A stretch of DNA of 64,000 nt from Chloroflexota bacterium (lineage in GTDB: Bacteria > Chloroflexota > Dehalococcoidia > Dehalococcoidales > UBA5760): assembly GCA_015222205.1 (NCBI GenBank), contig JADFUW010000001.1, forward strand, positions 44 through 64,043, given 5' to 3'. A model generated the notes under the pieces. It made no database searches. It had not been told where the DNA came from and saw nothing but the letters and a program-made list of their open reading frames with translations. Both the position numbers and the translations under genes were made by a program. Every line of letters begins with the position of its first letter. Positions within the stretch are counted from its first letter, which is position 1. Positions 60,150 to 64,000 of the stretch are shown one piece after another.

Positions 60150-60184
60150 TTTATGAAGCTCGCATCTGTAGCTTGTTAATATAG

Positions 60185-60328
60185 AGTTTGTTAAAGCGTG
60201 GTATCAATGGAGTGTATCACGCTGTGAGTGAGAAGTATCTACAGAACTACATCAACGAGTATAGCTTTAGATACAACCACAGGAATGATGAGAAGCCGAT
60301 GTTTAAGACTGTTTTGGGGAAGATTTAG
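60185..60328 (+). pseudogene. IS1595-family transposase C-terminal remnant
   Basis: Translates SLLKRGINGVYHAVSEKYLQNYINEYSFRYNHRNDEKPMFKTVLGKI*. Confidence 0.85.
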
Positions 60329-60705
60329 GCTGGTATACGTTGATAAATCCGTTCTAAATCCGTGACAAATATCTTCTTTGTAAATGGTTTGGGGCCTGAT
60401 TTCAATAAAGCTATAACTATTTCCTTGATTATCGGGTCTGTAACTACTCTGCCTCTTAATATAGAATGATACTTTGGGGAGAAAAATCTCTTAAAACCCT
60501 CAATCTCAATACCAACAATCTTGCCTTTATCGGGATTTACCCTTACCCACAAATCACCATCCCAGTCAACCGAAACTGCGGGTATTGGTATTGGGAGTTG
60601 GAGCATTAGGCTATCTATTTCCTTGTCGTAATTAACGGCAAAAGACCTAATATTATCTATCGTATCAAAATCAATCTTGTTCCTTAGATTGCTCGCCCTC
60701 TCCAT
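60325..60705 (-). CDS. DUF2283-like putative antitoxin
   Basis: VNYDKEIDSLML...LWVRVNP..GKIVGIEI. Confidence 0.55.
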   Translation of the reverse strand: MERASNLRNKIDFDTIDNIRSFAVNYDKEIDSLMLQLPIPIPAVSVDWDGDLWVRVNPDKGKIVGIEIEGFKRFFSPKYHSILRGRVVTDPIIKEIVIALLKSGPKPFTKKIFVTDLERIYQRIPA

Positions 60706-61040
60706 ACTAGCACCTCCCCTATTTGTGGTGTAGCACAAGCCATAGCACTTATAACACCACCGCATAATTCTTCCACTTCGTTCATATTGTATTCTATTAC
60801 AATTCTTATATACCTTTCATTCTTGCCTAATTGGGCAAGATAACATTTCCTATAGAATGTAAACCTATTAGCATAAGAACGAGTTTTATTTACAAAATCC
60901 GGTTTGATGATTATTGATTTAACGATATTTTGGAGACCAACCATTTCAGCGTGAGTACATATGTGCCCCCATCTTTTTCTGGAGCAACTAACCATTTTCT
61001 TAAAAACATCCACGCACTCAAATTCTTTTCGGCTCCCCAT
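60684..61040 (-). CDS. Putative RelE-like (PBECR-type) toxin
   Basis: RWGHI..H.EM...I..PDFV...FYRK...YIRIVIEY; overlaps the DUF2283-like gene. Confidence 0.45.
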   Translation of the reverse strand: MGSRKEFECVDVFKKMVSCSRKRWGHICTHAEMVGLQNIVKSIIIKPDFVNKTRSYANRFTFYRKCYLAQLGKNERYIRIVIEYNMNEVEELCGGVISAMACATPQIGEVLVWRGRAI

Positions 61041-61331
61041 ATGCAAGATATATCCTTACTTATGAGAGGGCTTTGGCTTTTCAATCCGTTGGCTTACCTT
61101 CTTCAAAACAGACACGAATTCTTGCTTTGTTGTAGATAATTTCTTAACATCAATATCTTTTACTTCAGACATTTTTACTGCCACTTAACATTTACGCAAA
61201 TGTTAACTACACCTTTATTGTAAACCACACTATTGACGCTTTGTCAAGTAAATATGCGTATATTTACAAACCCTATTGACATCCCCTCCCATAGTGCTAT
61301 AATCAGTCTGCATTAAGCTAGGAGGAGTGTT

Positions 61332-61646
61332 ATGGCTAACGAATGTATATGGACGGGTGCCTCCGGTAAGAAGTATAAATATACAATCTATGCAATGGAT
61401 ACCGATTGGAATGACGTGGCAGGAAATTACATCTTTGCCAAAGAGACCTCACCCCACAATTGGGTCGCTGTATATATAGGCGAAACTGAAAGCTTTAAAG
61501 AACGGCTACCTAATCACAATGAGTTACCGTGTGTCCATCGCAATGGGGGCACACATATACACGCACATACTAACTCAGACAGCAGTGCCAGATTAGAAGA
61601 GGAAGCAGATTTACTTGCAGACCAAGGCACACCCTGCAATCAATGA
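61332..61646 (+). CDS. GIY-YIG-like small nuclease-domain protein
   Basis: GNYIF...VYIGETESFKERL..H...E.DL. Confidence 0.6.
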   Translation: MANECIWTGASGKKYKYTIYAMDTDWNDVAGNYIFAKETSPHNWVAVYIGETESFKERLPNHNELPCVHRNGGTHIHAHTNSDSSARLEEEADLLADQGTPCNQ

Positions 61647-61864
61647 TTCGTTGTGTTTTGATTTGTTAATTCGCCCAAGAACCTTGCTACAGCAATAGAT
61701 ATATGACTTGATGGTTTCCAGTTACCATCCCAATCTTGGCATAATACAACAAAACAGTGGTCATCAAGTGTTATGCCACATTGGCTGTGTCCTGCATCAA
61801 CCAACCACTTCGGTTTCCAATTAGGCTTTGCATCTGCTATACTTTGTTCTGTTTGCATTACCAT
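61640..61864 (-). CDS. Hypothetical protein
   Basis: 74-aa ORF with AGGAG RBS. Confidence 0.45.
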   Translation of the reverse strand: MVMQTEQSIADAKPNWKPKWLVDAGHSQCGITLDDHCFVVLCQDWDGNWKPSSHISIAVARFLGELTNQNTTNH

Positions 61865-61936
61865 TTATTTACTCCTATACGTTACCTCAAGGGATACTTA
61901 CCAATATTTATTATAAAAGAAGGGCACAAGCCCCTG

Positions 61937-63406
61937 TTAAGCTCCCCTGGCGCTTCGTGGTGAGTATTGCCTTGAGGCTTCCAGCAGGAGTGCTAGGCTC
62001 ATCAGGAAGTCATCATGTCCCCGGGCAGGGTCAACATAGAAATTCATCGTCTGGTTAGGGCGATACTGACTTCTGGCTCGCTCCATCTCCAACCAGAACT
62101 CCTGATACTCAGGTGAGCCATCCCCGGTATAGACCTTCAATCTGCCGGCGTTAACGGCGGCGAGCAGGTTAAAGCCTAGCTGTGATTTTGACTGAGCCGT
62201 GAAGGTAAAAGGGGACACCCTTGAGCCTAATGACTGCCTGAGGAATGAGCTTACCGGCTGACCGACCCCCGTGGCGTCCACCACTACCTTGCGGCAGTGC
62301 CACACATTCTTGAGAATATCAATTAACTGGGGATAGAGTTCGGTGTGTTTCTTTCCTGTCCACCAGTAGTGCTCTATAACCCTAATGAGGGGCTCTTTAA
62401 TAACCTCACTACATGTTGAGAAATCCAGCTCGCCGATAGTAACCACGGTAGAATCCTGACGGGGCTTGAGGGCCCTCAAGCTGGCTCCTTCCCCCTCCTC
62501 AGCCTCCCCCGCCAGGTCAATACCAGCGATGTAGACCTTGCCGGGGTCAGGGTGGTGCTTTCGGGTATGCTCCCCATTTAGTTGAGCTCTCTGCTGGTGA
62601 CTTAAATAACCCCCGCCGCTATGAATGGGTAGCAGTCGGTATTGGGTGAGGAAAAGGGGGTGGTTTTCCCCCAGGCGCTGACGCTCGGCGTCGACATATT
62701 TCAGGTAATCGGGGTTATGCTTAGCCACTTCCTGCCAGTCATAGCGAAAGTGGCGTCTCTGGCCGTCTTTCCTCTCCAGTTCAAGATTGGAATTTTTTAT
62801 CTCCTCCAGCAGGGTAGAATCATCCCAGGTCGTGCCATAGTGAACCGTGGTAACATTGGTAGTTGCCCCCATCGGCTTAAACTCTTTATTATACTTCTCG
62901 TTGCTCACATCCTGGGACTCGTCTATTTCCAGCAGTATATGGGCGGTATTACCCACCACATTGGCTGACTCATCCGCCGATAGGAATATTGCCCGGGCAT
63001 TACCCAGTCTGATGATATAGCCGAGTTCAGCTACCCAGATGCTATTAAAACCGGCATCGTTTAGCCTGTCCTTGAGGCGCATCATGGAGATGACGGTCTG
63101 CGGCTTAAAGGTAGGCGAGCACTTAATCAGGTTCTTGGGCTCAGCCATAAATAGGGTTAGAAGCAGAAGCTCAAGCTGGGCGGAGAGTTCATTCTTGCCT
63201 CCCTGACGGGCTATTTCTACGGAGAAGGTAAGCCCCTTCCGGCCAAAAACACTGTCTAGTATCGCCAGGGCTACCTCCCGCTGATAGGGTCTAAGTCTGC
63301 TTATTTTGGCCCTTGAAGATGTAGCATTATCGGGTGTCGGCTGATTATTTGTTGATGGTGGCACCGATGCCGATGCCGAGTGGCAGGGCGATATCTCTGA
63401 GGACAT
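61937..63406 (-). CDS. Phage terminase large subunit
   Basis: LRPYQ, Walker A ARQGGKN, Walker B LLEIDE, nuclease GIDLAG / VVDATGVG / HDD. Confidence 0.9.
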   Translation of the reverse strand: MSSEISPCHSASASVPPSTNNQPTPDNATSSRAKISRLRPYQREVALAILDSVFGRKGLTFSVEIARQGGKNELSAQLELLLLTLFMAEPKNLIKCSPTFKPQTVISMMRLKDRLNDAGFNSIWVAELGYIIRLGNARAIFLSADESANVVGNTAHILLEIDESQDVSNEKYNKEFKPMGATTNVTTVHYGTTWDDSTLLEEIKNSNLELERKDGQRRHFRYDWQEVAKHNPDYLKYVDAERQRLGENHPLFLTQYRLLPIHSGGGYLSHQQRAQLNGEHTRKHHPDPGKVYIAGIDLAGEAEEGEGASLRALKPRQDSTVVTIGELDFSTCSEVIKEPLIRVIEHYWWTGKKHTELYPQLIDILKNVWHCRKVVVDATGVGQPVSSFLRQSLGSRVSPFTFTAQSKSQLGFNLLAAVNAGRLKVYTGDGSPEYQEFWLEMERARSQYRPNQTMNFYVDPARGHDDFLMSLALLLEASRQYSPRSARGA

Positions 63407-63707
63407 TACCTATTGCCTCCTTCAGCCCCTTCTTGTCCTTCTTGCTGATGTTATACCTTGTCCTGACCAGCCGGGCCAGGGTATTGGTTGCCTGCATAAT
63501 GAGATTGATGTTGTCCGGGTCGTGGGCAATTAAGGATTTTATCTTTACCCTTAACAGGGCAATCTCATCGTCAATACCCTCCACGCCAGTAGCTAGCTCA
63601 AAGTCGAGCTTTTCTGCCTCGTCAAGAACCCTGGAGTAGAAGCCGTGCTTTCTAGCGTTTTGGTTGCCCTTGGGGGCGCCCCTTTTTCTCTCTATTTTGG
63701 CTGACAT
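63345..63707 (-). CDS. Putative terminase small subunit
   Basis: GAPKGNQNARKHG motif and IDDEIALLRVKI helix; directly upstream of the large subunit. Confidence 0.7.
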   Translation of the reverse strand: MSAKIERKRGAPKGNQNARKHGFYSRVLDEAEKLDFELATGVEGIDDEIALLRVKIKSLIAHDPDNINLIMQATNTLARLVRTRYNISKKDKKGLKEAIGNVLRDIALPLGIGIGATINK

Positions 63708-63837
63708 CTGGTTTATCTCCACCCTGCTTATTGTTCCCACAGTGTCTACTATTCAGCATCTGGGCTGAGGCAAGTATAATAGCGTGGGCGGCTAGGTCCC
63801 ATCTCTGGTTTTCTATAGCTAACCTGAGTAGTCTCAT
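63652..63837 (-). CDS. Small hypothetical protein heading the terminase operon
   Basis: MRLLRLAIENQRWDLAAHAII; GAGGG RBS. Confidence 0.5.
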   Translation of the reverse strand: MRLLRLAIENQRWDLAAHAIILASAQMLNSRHCGNNKQGGDKPDVSQNREKKGRPQGQPKR

Positions 63838-63870
63838 AACTTTACCCTCGTCAGGGGATATCTAGGGTTT

Positions 63871-63912
63871 ATGATAGCACATATGTTCTATTTAAGGCTA
63901 TAGAGTTTTGTC
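63871..63912 (-). promoter_or_regulatory. Promoter with LexA-box-like operator (terminase operon)
   Basis: Extended -10 TGC-TATCAT overlapped by TAGAACATATGTGCTA (63875-63890), identical to the 56248 copy. Confidence 0.7.
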
Positions 63913-64000
63913 TTTTTTCTAAAGTGGGTTACCGAAAAATAGAACCTAGGGGGAGGGGGTTAATAAATAGTCCCTGAATTGATATTATTGGGGGGGTCAT

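Noticed and set aside
46595-63837. Intact temperate prophage
   Set aside because: No integrase, replication, tape-measure or lysin genes or att sites seen; host genes interrupt it. Not fully excluded because the window ends at 64 kb.
1-64000. tRNA, rRNA or riboswitch genes
   Set aside because: None recognised by eye in the intergenic regions; tRNAscan-SE and Rfam searches would be needed to exclude them

Overview
Bacterial chromosomal segment of roughly 50% GC, most consistent with a Dehalococcoidia (Chloroflexota) genome. That assignment is an inference from the S-layer-like and IPT/TIG surface proteins, the FBP aldolase/phosphatase and a Gram-positive-type SOS box. Positions 1-46 kb hold mostly housekeeping genes (rph, proA/proB, gdhA, mfd, rplU-rpmA-rpmE, hisA/hisI, cobO, fbp, rdgB, moaAC, dnaN, plsX, purF/M/H/Q/L, pncA-pncB fusion, rpsU). 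These are interrupted by small accessory modules (MTase-Mrr fusion, HicAB, MazEF, IrrE-PIN) that sit next to a family of REP-like double-hairpin repeats. The main finding lies at 46.6-63.9 kb: a compact phage-virion gene set (small and large terminase, portal, scaffold, major capsid, fibre, adaptor, holin-like and tail-like genes) with no visible integrase, replication, tape-measure or endolysin genes. It is split into two same-strand operons by host-type surface-protein genes. Both operons carry an identical LexA-box-like operator over their promoters, plus a second motif at identical spacing. This is a candidate domesticated, SOS-inducible gene-transfer-agent-like system. Three amino-acid biosynthesis genes (hisA, hisI, proA) appear to use non-canonical start codons.
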